The notes under the pieces were generated by a model. That model had not been told where the DNA came from, did not search any database, and was given only the letters and a program-made list of their open reading frames with translations. Shown piece by piece: positions 19,392-27,318 of a stretch of DNA of 64,000 nucleotides. This DNA is from an uncultured Acidobacteriota bacterium (GTDB taxonomy: Bacteria; Acidobacteriota; Vicinamibacteria; Vicinamibacterales; CAVVIG01): contig CAVYZX010000026.1 of assembly GCA_963773035.1 (NCBI GenBank), positions 70,151-134,150 of the forward strand. The letters are read 5' to 3'. The first letter of the stretch is position 1. Every line of letters begins with the position of its first letter. A program made the position numbers and the translations under genes.

Positions 19392-20345
19392 CTATTGCCG
19401 TGGCGGTGGCGCCCCACCCCGGCCGGCCGGAGGTGCAGGAGGCGCGGGAGGACCACCACAGTTGGACGTGCACGGCGGCGGAAGCACGTACTTGTCCTTG
19501 AGCTTCTTGCGGAACTCGGGATACATCGTTTCCGGACCGCCGAGCACCGCTTCGACCGGGATGTTGCGTTTCTCGGTCAGCTCGTTCACGAACGGATTTT
19601 TTTCCGGCAGGTAGTGGGGAACGATGGCCAGGTTCTCGTGCAGGTAGGGCAACTCCTCGATCGGTTCGCACGCCGTCGCCGGGAAGATGCTCGCACCGCT
19701 TGGATCCAGCTTGAACGGCGTGGTCAACACGTACGGCTCCGCAAAGATGGCAGGGTCCTCCATGATGCCCATCACGGTCAGGATGTCTCCGTGGCGAACG
19801 AAGTACTCGGTGATGGTCGCTTCGTCGCTGTTGAATCCTCGATGACGCTTGATATCGCCAACCTTGAAGTGTGTCGTGTGCACCCTGAGCGTATCGCCTT
19901 CCCAGTCACCGGTCGTAAAACCGCCATGCGGATGAGGAGCGTTCTTGGACGGATGCGACCGGCCGTCCATCCAGATTGTCGTCGCGTCGCGATCGATCCA
20001 TCCCGCGATGTTCCACGCCACCAGTTTCTGCGTAATCGGATCGGGCTCGATGGTGATTTGCAGGCCGAAGGGGCCGGTGTGCGTGTAGAACGGCGTGTAC
20101 ATCTGACACTGACGCTCCGTCACCGACAGAGCGGCAATGTTGTAGCTCAAAGCTTTCGCGCGGCCATCTTCGTTGAACGGCATCCCGAGGTAGTCAACCG
20201 GCTCTTGAGCGTAGCTGTTGTCCTGGTGGTTCCTCTTCGCCCAAAGGCCCGTCAGATCGACCTGGGCAAACACCGGCACTCCAGACAGCAGCGCGGTCAG
20301 CACCAGCATGGCGCTTCGAACGCGGGGCAATTTGATGATGGTCAT
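19392..20345 (-). CDS. Exported divergent 'WEGD-motif' family protein, subfamily D (member D2), with C-x3-C plus a polyproline tail
   Basis: ORF 19392..21002 trimmed to MTIIKLPRVRSAMLVLTALLSGVPVFAQ at 20345. The upstream 219 codons overlap the neighbouring gene in another frame. Motifs DLTGLW, RQCQMY, TTGDWEGDTLRVHTTHF, EDP, ATACEP. Tail is CTSNCGGPPAPPAPPAGRGGAPPP. Confidence 0.75.
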   Translation of the reverse strand: MTIIKLPRVRSAMLVLTALLSGVPVFAQVDLTGLWAKRNHQDNSYAQEPVDYLGMPFNEDGRAKALSYNIAALSVTERQCQMYTPFYTHTGPFGLQITIEPDPITQKLVAWNIAGWIDRDATTIWMDGRSHPSKNAPHPHGGFTTGDWEGDTLRVHTTHFKVGDIKRHRGFNSDEATITEYFVRHGDILTVMGIMEDPAIFAEPYVLTTPFKLDPSGASIFPATACEPIEELPYLHENLAIVPHYLPEKNPFVNELTEKRNIPVEAVLGGPETMYPEFRKKLKDKYVLPPPCTSNCGGPPAPPAPPAGRGGAPPPRQ

Positions 20346-20356
20346 GAGTGTCTGTC

Positions 20357-21184
20357 CTACCAGCGCGACGAGCAGGGCGTGGGATCCCATTTCGCGCCGT
20401 TCGGTTCCTTCTTGAAATGAAGCCCGATCAGACGCGGCTCGCGGAGGTAGACCGGATCCTCGATCTGCGTCGTGATCGCGAGCCATTCGTCTCCGTTCTG
20501 GCGCTTGAAGACATCCCAGTACTCGGTCAGCGTCGTGTTTGCGCTGTACGGGATACCGTTCTTCCGCAAGTAACCGGGACGAAGATGCGTAGTGACGACT
20601 TTCAGCGATCCGCCCGTCGGCGCCGGCGCCGGCACGTTCCCCGCGGTTCGCGGCACAGGCCGCAGAAATAGCGGGGTGTTCGGCCGAGGGGTTTGCCACA
20701 CGCCCACCGAATCTCCCTGCCACGTCGCTGGCGCGCCACGCTCTCCCTTCCAGTCGCCAAAGTGGAGCATGCGAGTCTGCATGCCCGCATCGGTCTCGAC
20801 CTTCAGCGTGTTCTCGTCCTGCCAGGTGACATGCAGCCGGCCAGGAACGCTCATGAGGGCTGGGGCGCCGTAAGACTTGCACTGTTCGCCAGCCGCTTCG
20901 TCCTTCGCCGGATCCCAAGCGTCGGCGATCTTCTTCGCCTCGAGATTGATCGGGATGTACATGTAGTCGCCTTTGGCAGGCGTCACCATCCGCCAGCGCC
21001 AATCCTGGGTGACGACCGACACCCAGTACCCGGTCAAATCGATCGGAGCCGCGGCTTTAGGCGTCCGAGAAACAGCAGGTGGACCACCGCCCCGCTGCGC
21101 ATGAACGTAGGCGACCGCACCAGACGCCACCACAACCGATGTCACCGCCGCTATCACCGTGCGCAACACACCATCCTCCTGCAT
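20357..21184 (-). CDS. Exported divergent 'WEGD-motif'-related protein, subfamily D (member D1)
   Basis: Signal peptide. Motifs DLTGYW, EQCKSYG, WQGDSVGVW, SLKVVTTHLRPGYLRKNG, EDPVYL, PTPCSS. Lies 11 nt upstream of D2. Confidence 0.7.
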   Translation of the reverse strand: MQEDGVLRTVIAAVTSVVVASGAVAYVHAQRGGGPPAVSRTPKAAAPIDLTGYWVSVVTQDWRWRMVTPAKGDYMYIPINLEAKKIADAWDPAKDEAAGEQCKSYGAPALMSVPGRLHVTWQDENTLKVETDAGMQTRMLHFGDWKGERGAPATWQGDSVGVWQTPRPNTPLFLRPVPRTAGNVPAPAPTGGSLKVVTTHLRPGYLRKNGIPYSANTTLTEYWDVFKRQNGDEWLAITTQIEDPVYLREPRLIGLHFKKEPNGAKWDPTPCSSRW

Positions 21185-21223
21185 TTACTTTTCACTTACT
21201 TTCCACTTTCCACTTTCCACTTT
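21185..21223 (-). repeat. A/G-rich (AAGTGGA)n leader element (family R4, copy 1) filling the whole MBL-D1 intercistronic spacer
   Basis: Minus strand reads TAA-aaagtggaaagtggaaagtggaaagtaagtgaaaagtaa-ATG. A 31-nt block (21217->21187) is identical to 58835..58865. Confidence 0.8.
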
Positions 21224-22252
21224 TTACTTCTTCTGCGTAAGTTCCCTGTAGACCAGCTCGACGAACCTGTCGGTGGTCCACGGACCCGAGTCCGATCCGT
21301 ATCGCCGGCGGTACGACAACGTAGGATTCGCAGCCTTCACCTGTTCCAGCGTCTTGCCTTGATCGATCAGATCCTGAATCCGGTCGCGGATCACCGTCAC
21401 CATGTCCCGGTACTCCAGCAGATCGATTTTGTCGAGTACGCGACCGTGGCCGGGGACCAGGAGGGTACGGTCGGGATTCCACTGAATGGGAAGGTTGGGA
21501 ATGCTCAAGTCCATCAGGTGGTTCAGCGCGTCGATCTCACCCTGCAGCGTCCCACCCTTTTCCACATCGATCACCGGGAAGCGAGTGGTGTCGATGATGT
21601 CGCCGGTCGCGATCACGTCGCCGCGCCGGAAAAAGACGATGGTGTCGCCGTCGGTGTGTGCCGCCGGCTCGTGAATCACCTGGATTCCTTCGCCGTTCAA
21701 GTACATGGAATAGGTCTTGGCAGCAAACGTCTTCGTTGGCCACAGTCCGAGCGGGAATAGAGACTGTTTGCCGGTTGGAGCAGACATCCGCGTCAGGACG
21801 TTTTCGTGCGCCAGCACGCTGGCGCCGCCTGAATTGGTCACCAGGTCGTCGCTCAATCCAGCCCCGGCCGCAATCGCACCAGCCAGGATGCTGAGTCCCG
21901 CTTTCGCGATCGTCTCGTTGCCACCGACATGGTCGGCTTCCATGCTTGTATTAATGATGTAGCGAACCGGCAACGGCGTGATGCGCCGGATCGCCGCCAA
22001 CACTTTGTCCGACATCGCCGTCGAACCAGAATCCACCAGAATCACGCCCACTGGACCGATCTGGATGACGATGTTGCCGCCGGCTCCTGCGATGACGTAG
22101 AAGTTCGGCCGCAGCTCGATGACGTCGAGAGCGTCACGGCTGGGCTCCTGGGCGATCGCGTTCGGCGCCCGGACCGCAGGAGCGAGAATTGCCGCGAACG
22201 TGAGCAGCCAGGCCGCAACCCGCCCGCTGAAAAGACTAGCCATTCGGTTCAC
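21224..22252 (-). CDS. MBL-fold protein, exported, with a degenerate metal motif (SMEADH instead of HxHxDH)
   Basis: Signal peptide MNRMASLFSGRVAAWLLTFAAILAPAVRA. Overall collinear with the MBL at 1860..2939, but the motif reads NTSMEADHVGGN. Keeps AHTDGD and PGHG. Confidence 0.75.
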   Translation of the reverse strand: MNRMASLFSGRVAAWLLTFAAILAPAVRAPNAIAQEPSRDALDVIELRPNFYVIAGAGGNIVIQIGPVGVILVDSGSTAMSDKVLAAIRRITPLPVRYIINTSMEADHVGGNETIAKAGLSILAGAIAAGAGLSDDLVTNSGGASVLAHENVLTRMSAPTGKQSLFPLGLWPTKTFAAKTYSMYLNGEGIQVIHEPAAHTDGDTIVFFRRGDVIATGDIIDTTRFPVIDVEKGGTLQGEIDALNHLMDLSIPNLPIQWNPDRTLLVPGHGRVLDKIDLLEYRDMVTVIRDRIQDLIDQGKTLEQVKAANPTLSYRRRYGSDSGPWTTDRFVELVYRELTQKK

Positions 22253-22303
22253 GGTCGATGATTATGCCGCGGTCGTCACATCGATGGTCAAGAAAAGGGA
22301 TTT

Positions 22304-23884
22304 ATGACTCGGTTGCCTCGCCATCCATGGCTGGCCGCCTGCCTCCCGGCCGCGCTCGCCGGCGCCCTGACAGCCATTGCGTTCCTCGATAACACCGGGA
22401 GGAACCTGGTCGTAAGGCGGACGCTGCTTGCGGCCGCTTTCATCATTCTGGTGTGGAACGCGGTGCTGACCGTACGAGCGCGCCGCCGGTTCACCGTCAA
22501 CCTCCACCTGCGGCCGCAGCACTACATCCAGGCAAGCGCACAGGGCTTGGTCCTGCTGTATTGGGGCTGGTACTGGCGACCGGTTTATGACGCCGTCCCG
22601 CTCATCGCTGCACAGCTGATCTTTGCCTACGCCTTCGACATACTCCTCGGCTGGTCGCGCCGCGGCACTTACACACTTGGCTTCGGTCCCGTCCCCGTGA
22701 TCTTCAGCATCAACCTGTTCCTCTGGTTCAAGCCCGACTGGTTTTACCTACAGTTCTTGATGCTGGCGGCAGGCTTCACGGCCAAGGAGCTGATTCGCTG
22801 GAAGCGGGACGAACGGGTCGTCCACATCTTCAACCCCTCCTCTTTCGCGCTCGCATTGATCTCGCTCGGACTGATCCTTACGGGTACGAGCGATATGACG
22901 CGAGGGCAGGACATCGCGATCAGCCAGTTCTATCCACCTCATATGTACTTGATGCTGTTCCTGATTGCCCTGCCCGGGCAGTTCTTGTTCGGGGTCGCGT
23001 CCATGACGTTGTCAGCGGTCCTAACGACTTACCTGTTCGGCGCGGTGTATTTCGCCGTGACAGGCACGTACTTTTTCTACGACTCGTTTGTGCCGATCTC
23101 GGTTTTCCTCGGCATGCACCTTCTTTTCACGGATCCATCGACGTCGCCGCGTTCGGAGCTCGGACGTGTGATCTTTGGCGTGCTCTACGGGCTGAGCGCG
23201 GTTGCTTTGTACCAACTGCTGGGTGCAGCAGGAGTGCCGACTTTCTACGACAAGCTCTTGCAGGTGCCACTCCTGAACCTCTCGGTCCGGCTGTTGGATC
23301 GGGCGTCGCGCTCGAGATGGCTCGAACCATTCAACCCCGCGCGACTCGGTCGATCGCTCGCTCTGCGCCAGCGTCACGTGGCGTACCTGGCGCTGTGGGC
23401 AGTCGTGTTCGCACTGTTGAGCTCGACTCAGGGTGTCGGCGATCATCATCCGGGGCAGTGGCTGCCGTTCTGGGAGCGGGCGTGCAGAGAGGGTCGACCG
23501 CGCGCGTGTGCGTATCTCGCGAGTCTGCAGTCGATCTTCTGCAACGCGGGATCCGGATGGGCGTGCAACGAAGCCGGCATCTTCCAACACGAACGCCCGC
23601 CAGCGGGCCGTGGCGAGATTCCGTCCGATCTCGCGCGAATGAGCGCTTCATTCGCGAGAGGTTGCAATCTCGGGTTCGTGCCCGCGTGCCGGAATGCGGT
23701 CCGGACATCAAACGGGAACCGGCCGTTCGAGCGGTCGGTGCCGACGCTGTCCGACTATCAGATCGTCCTCCGGGGCAGCAAGGGGCCGATCACCGATCGC
23801 ACTACGGCAGCGCTGAACGCACGAGCCTGCGAGCAGGGCTGGCCGGACACATGCGGTCGCACCACAAGCGCGCTGCGAGATTGA
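22304..23884 (+). CDS. Polytopic membrane protein with a C-terminal Cys-rich repeat domain
   Basis: About 9-10 hydrophobic segments (HIFNPSSFALALISLGLIL etc.). C-terminal region of about 130 aa with repeated C-x(4-8)-C pairs (ACREGRPRACAYL, FCNAGSGWACNE, GCNLGFVPACRN, ACEQGWPDTC). Confidence 0.7.
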   Translation: MTRLPRHPWLAACLPAALAGALTAIAFLDNTGRNLVVRRTLLAAAFIILVWNAVLTVRARRRFTVNLHLRPQHYIQASAQGLVLLYWGWYWRPVYDAVPLIAAQLIFAYAFDILLGWSRRGTYTLGFGPVPVIFSINLFLWFKPDWFYLQFLMLAAGFTAKELIRWKRDERVVHIFNPSSFALALISLGLILTGTSDMTRGQDIAISQFYPPHMYLMLFLIALPGQFLFGVASMTLSAVLTTYLFGAVYFAVTGTYFFYDSFVPISVFLGMHLLFTDPSTSPRSELGRVIFGVLYGLSAVALYQLLGAAGVPTFYDKLLQVPLLNLSVRLLDRASRSRWLEPFNPARLGRSLALRQRHVAYLALWAVVFALLSSTQGVGDHHPGQWLPFWERACREGRPRACAYLASLQSIFCNAGSGWACNEAGIFQHERPPAGRGEIPSDLARMSASFARGCNLGFVPACRNAVRTSNGNRPFERSVPTLSDYQIVLRGSKGPITDRTTAALNARACEQGWPDTCGRTTSALRD

Positions 23885-23894
23885 CGTAGCGCCG

Positions 23895-24016
23895 CCTGAA
23901 GTGAGAATTCAGAAGGTTGAAGGAAGAAGGCCGACGAGATCTGGACAGATTCTCCACTTCTTTCTTCTGACTTCTTATTTCGTACTTCAGGTTGCCGGTT
24001 CTTTCAGAGCAACCTG
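23895..24016. repeat. MITE-like element (family R3, copy 2, one terminal hairpin only)
   Basis: Reverse-complement homolog of 4520..4654. Fills the gap between convergent stops 23884 and 24017. Ends in ...tttcagagcaacctgtta, where tta is the stop codon of the small gene. Confidence 0.7.
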
Positions 24017-24463
24017 TTAGGGCTGCGGCGAAGGCTTCTGATTCAGTTCGTAAGGCGCCCCGGTGCCGGACGATCCCATGAACAGCCTCTTGCCATCTTC
24101 AAACGTGATATCCCGCCCATTCGCCCTGTGCGTCCCGTCCTTCGCCTGGTAACCGTCAATGGCGACCACAGTACCTGGCAGAAGGGACTTTCTCGTGAAG
24201 CCGCGCCGAAAGAGCACGTTTGGAGTGCCCGCCTCGAACGCCCAGTTCTCCACTTTGCCGTCCGGCTTCTTGACATCCAGGTGCAGCCAGACGTGCGGGT
24301 TGACCCACTCCATCTTCGTGACGGTCCCCTTCATCGTCACGGGCTTGTTCGCGTCGAACTCGGCGGCGAACGCGTGGTGCGCCGACAGCGACGCGGCTGT
24401 GACGACCAGAGAGAGACCGAGCCCCGCGGCAGCAACGACGAGCTTCGTTTGCATCTGATTCAA
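24017..24463 (-). CDS. Small exported DUF6152-like protein; predicted mature N-terminus is HHAFAAEFD
   Basis: Signal peptide ...VVTAASLSA followed by HHAFAAEFD, then GTVTKMEWVNPHVWLHLDV. Paralog of 26832..27296. The family name is from memory of the AHHSF...NPH pattern. Confidence 0.75.
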   Translation of the reverse strand: MNQMQTKLVVAAAGLGLSLVVTAASLSAHHAFAAEFDANKPVTMKGTVTKMEWVNPHVWLHLDVKKPDGKVENWAFEAGTPNVLFRRGFTRKSLLPGTVVAIDGYQAKDGTHRANGRDITFEDGKRLFMGSSGTGAPYELNQKPSPQP

Positions 24464-24499
24464 CCTCCTGCGGTCAACTGCGCTCCTCGGATTGACTGC

Positions 24500-25471
24500 T
24501 CACCTTCGGTACCACTCGTGGAGCTTGTCGCCTTCCGGAACCTTACGCGTGATATCGACGATGAGCGTCTCACCCTCCCAGTGCTTGACCAGCGGCTGCC
24601 TGCGCAGGCCGCCGTACATGAACTCTTCAGCGAACTCCATGCAGCGGTATTCGAGCAGCTGCGCGTTTGGTTCCAACCGTCGATAGAGCGGCATGGAGAT
24701 CTTCCACGGCCCGGTGAACACGTTTGGATCCTCGATGGTGACTTCGTACTGGATCGCGTCCTTTGTGATCGGGGTGAAGCGCTCAATCAAATGCAGCGCT
24801 TCGCTGTGATAGTTGCCGGCCCTATCGAACCAGTTCTTGCCGTTGAACTCCGTGACGTCCACGACCAGCGTATCGCCTTCCCACCGGCCGACCGAATGTC
24901 CCATGTAGGTCAGGTCCGGCGGTTCTTCCACCTCGTCGAGGTGGATCGTACGGCCGGTGCTGCTGAATTCGAACGCCATGTGAATCTTGTTGGCGCTCTG
25001 GAAGATCTGGAAAGGATAGGGCATGTACATCGCGCGCGGAATGCCGGGAAGATAGCACTTGAGCTCGGGATCGCGGTCGATCCAACTCTCGCCGTTCTCT
25101 TTCTTGATTTTCGCCGCCTCCGGCTTATAAGGAATGAGGCCGCCGCCTTCGATAACACCTACCGAACCGGGAACTCCGCCCGCTGCACCGAGCGCAAGCA
25201 CGGGCGCCGCGGCTACTCTCGTGTATTCGAATGGATAGGCGCCTTGTTGCGTGACCGCAGCCGGTCGCGCCTCATGAGCCTCGAGGTCCCAATGCGCTTC
25301 GTTCAGCGCCTGCCAGATTCCGCTGAAATCCGGCTTGCCATCGGCTGTACGCGCCACGGTTGGCGTTTGTGACCGGCGACCGGACTGCGTCACTGCCAAG
25401 GTGACAAGGGCGCCAACCACCGCCGCTGCTGCCGCAACAGCAATCGTCGAACCGCTGAACTGACGTGCCAT
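24500..25471 (-). CDS. Exported 'WEGD-motif' family protein, subfamily B
   Basis: Signal/TM N-terminus. Motifs ADGKPDFSGIW, LKCYLPGIP, GHSVGRWEGDTLVVDVTEF, LHLIERF, EDPNVFTGPW, EYRCMEF. Confidence 0.85.
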   Translation of the reverse strand: MARQFSGSTIAVAAAAAVVGALVTLAVTQSGRRSQTPTVARTADGKPDFSGIWQALNEAHWDLEAHEARPAAVTQQGAYPFEYTRVAAAPVLALGAAGGVPGSVGVIEGGGLIPYKPEAAKIKKENGESWIDRDPELKCYLPGIPRAMYMPYPFQIFQSANKIHMAFEFSSTGRTIHLDEVEEPPDLTYMGHSVGRWEGDTLVVDVTEFNGKNWFDRAGNYHSEALHLIERFTPITKDAIQYEVTIEDPNVFTGPWKISMPLYRRLEPNAQLLEYRCMEFAEEFMYGGLRRQPLVKHWEGETLIVDITRKVPEGDKLHEWYRR

Positions 25472-25480
25472 GAACGGCTC

Positions 25481-26746
25481 CTATCTGGTCAACGGATTGG
25501 CTTCCTCTCCAGTGTCGGCAAATCCGCCGGCGAATCCGCCGCACCCCGCGCTGCACAATGTGGCCGGATCCGGCCCACGCCGTTGAGCGAAAGCTTTCTC
25601 CTCCGCGCGCGCGCCCGCGAGCAGGGCTGGCATACCGTAGTTACCTTCGTGGCACCGCGGTTCCTTGTAGATGCGGTTGGCCCGATCGGGCTGCTTGGTA
25701 TATTCCTGTTTCACTGTCCATGGACGGGTCCACGTGGTTGGATCCTCGATCTTTACGACGTACTCCAGCGTGTCCGCATCGACACGAGTCCAGCGCTCGA
25801 CCAGGTGAAGGTTCTCGCGCGAACCCTGGAAATCGGTCTTGGGCGAAAAATTGGTCACATCGACCACCAGCGTCTGACCTTCCCATCGGCCTCGCGAGTC
25901 GCCCCACCATTGGCGGATGTGCTCGGGGAGGTGCGGCCGATCGGTGATGGGAATCACTCGCTGCCACCCTTGGCCCTGCCCCGTGTCGTAGAAGATAGAA
26001 ACCGCCTGGGGCGACTGAATGATCTGCGGGAAGAAGCCGGCGGCTCCGCCGAAGTCCGGGAGCATGGCGGCCATGCATCTCTCACCGAGCGTCCGATCCT
26101 CGGGGCCGTCGGCGCGATTGATGGCGCCCCCGCCTGCGCCACCGGCGGCCACGTACGATGGCGGCGTTTCCGGACGTTTGGGTGAGGGCGGGCTGTACTT
26201 TCCGCCTTCGCAGCCTGGGAGCTTGTTCTTGCAGACGTCGGTCGGTTGAAGCAAGGCGAGCTGGAACTCACGCATGGCCTGCCTGCGCTTCATGGCTTCC
26301 GGAGTCAGCGGCGGAATCTTGCCGTCCGGAGGATCGATGATCAGCGACGTGCGGCGGCCCATCGGTTTGTGCGTCAGAAAGATGTTCGTCGCGTAGGCCC
26401 CACCCACGTCTTGCTCGCTTCCTCGCTCGTAGCGCCGCACGTCTTGGCTCACGATAGCGGTGCGCTGCTTGTCGAGCTCCGCCCGCTCTTCGTCAGTGAA
26501 GAACTCTTTGCCGGCGTAACGGGCCGGCCGTTGCAATGGGACCTCGTAGGTGTTGGTCCAGATCCCTTGCAGATCTGGAGCGCCCCATGACGTCTTCGGT
26601 GCAGGGCCCGATTTCTTTGCCGTTCCGTCGAGTGGTGCCGGTGTCTGCGTCTGACCTTTGACTGAAGGCGGTCCAAGCTTCAGCAGGAACGCCAGCACGA
26701 GCAACGCCACCGCCACACCAATCGACTGCAGAGATCGCTTGGCCAT
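25481..26746 (-). CDS. Exported 'WEGD-motif' family protein, subfamily A (longest A member; carries a Cys- and Pro-rich insertion)
   Basis: Trimmed to MAKRSLQSIGVAVALLVLAFLL. Motifs APDLQGIWTN, ERCMAAM, GDSRGRWEGQTLVVDVTNF, LHLVERWTRVD, PRCHEGNY. Insertion is ...CKNKLPGCEGGKYSPPSPKRPETPP... Confidence 0.85.
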   Translation of the reverse strand: MAKRSLQSIGVAVALLVLAFLLKLGPPSVKGQTQTPAPLDGTAKKSGPAPKTSWGAPDLQGIWTNTYEVPLQRPARYAGKEFFTDEERAELDKQRTAIVSQDVRRYERGSEQDVGGAYATNIFLTHKPMGRRTSLIIDPPDGKIPPLTPEAMKRRQAMREFQLALLQPTDVCKNKLPGCEGGKYSPPSPKRPETPPSYVAAGGAGGGAINRADGPEDRTLGERCMAAMLPDFGGAAGFFPQIIQSPQAVSIFYDTGQGQGWQRVIPITDRPHLPEHIRQWWGDSRGRWEGQTLVVDVTNFSPKTDFQGSRENLHLVERWTRVDADTLEYVVKIEDPTTWTRPWTVKQEYTKQPDRANRIYKEPRCHEGNYGMPALLAGARAEEKAFAQRRGPDPATLCSAGCGGFAGGFADTGEEANPLTR

Positions 26747-26831
26747 CTCAAAGCTCCTGGGAGGCCCTTTCTCTACACCCACCCCTTCGTACTGTCAAGG
26801 AGTTGCCCAGCTCCAACTTCGCGGTGAACTG

Positions 26832-27296
26832 TCATCGCGATCGAACGGGCGCGTCGGCTGCCTTGGGATTCTTGGCCTTCCAACGATCCAGGGCCTGTTG
26901 ACCGATGTTGCCGACGTCGTTCGGCAGCGTAATGCTGCCGTCCGCATGCTGCACGAATTTCAAGACACCTCCCGGTCGACCGTCTTTGAGCGGCCCGGCG
27001 AGAACCATCACCTTCGAACCGACCTTGTAGGTGTCGATGTTGATCCCCTTGGGAATGAGCTGCGCGACGGCAGCGGCCTCGAACGACCAGTCCGTCTGCG
27101 TCCCGTCAGGATTGGTCACCGTGATGGTGAGCCACGAATGCGGGTTGATGAGCGCCCATTGTTTGACCACGCCCGTGACGGCAATTTCGGCGTCGGGCCG
27201 CATGTCGAACATGTTGAACGAATGATGCGCGAGCACCGGCTTACTGGCGAGTGCACCAACAAGGACGACAACGGTTCCGACAGATCGCAGATTCAT
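26832..27296 (-). CDS. Small exported DUF6152-like protein; predicted mature N-terminus is HHSFNMFD
   Basis: Signal peptide ...ALASKPVLA followed by HHSFNMFD, then GVVKQWALINPHSWLTITV. Starts 22 nt after the stop of the upstream subfamily-C gene. Confidence 0.75.
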   Translation of the reverse strand: MNLRSVGTVVVLVGALASKPVLAHHSFNMFDMRPDAEIAVTGVVKQWALINPHSWLTITVTNPDGTQTDWSFEAAAVAQLIPKGINIDTYKVGSKVMVLAGPLKDGRPGGVLKFVQHADGSITLPNDVGNIGQQALDRWKAKNPKAADAPVRSR

Positions 27297-27318
27297 GGGT
27301 GTCCTTTCCGATGTGCCG

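Noticed and set aside
20346-21002. N-terminal 219 codons of the 536-aa track ORF 19392..21002
   Set aside because: This part overlaps the D1 gene in a different frame and is Arg-rich nonsense. A signal peptide with a proper start (MTIIKL...) begins at 20345, 11 nt after the D1 stop.
21185-21235. Tandem heptamer repeat considered as a possible CRISPR or microsatellite locus
   Set aside because: There are only about 3 contiguous 7-nt units, no spacers, and no cas genes. It is far too short for a CRISPR array. It is treated as a leader or regulatory repeat instead.
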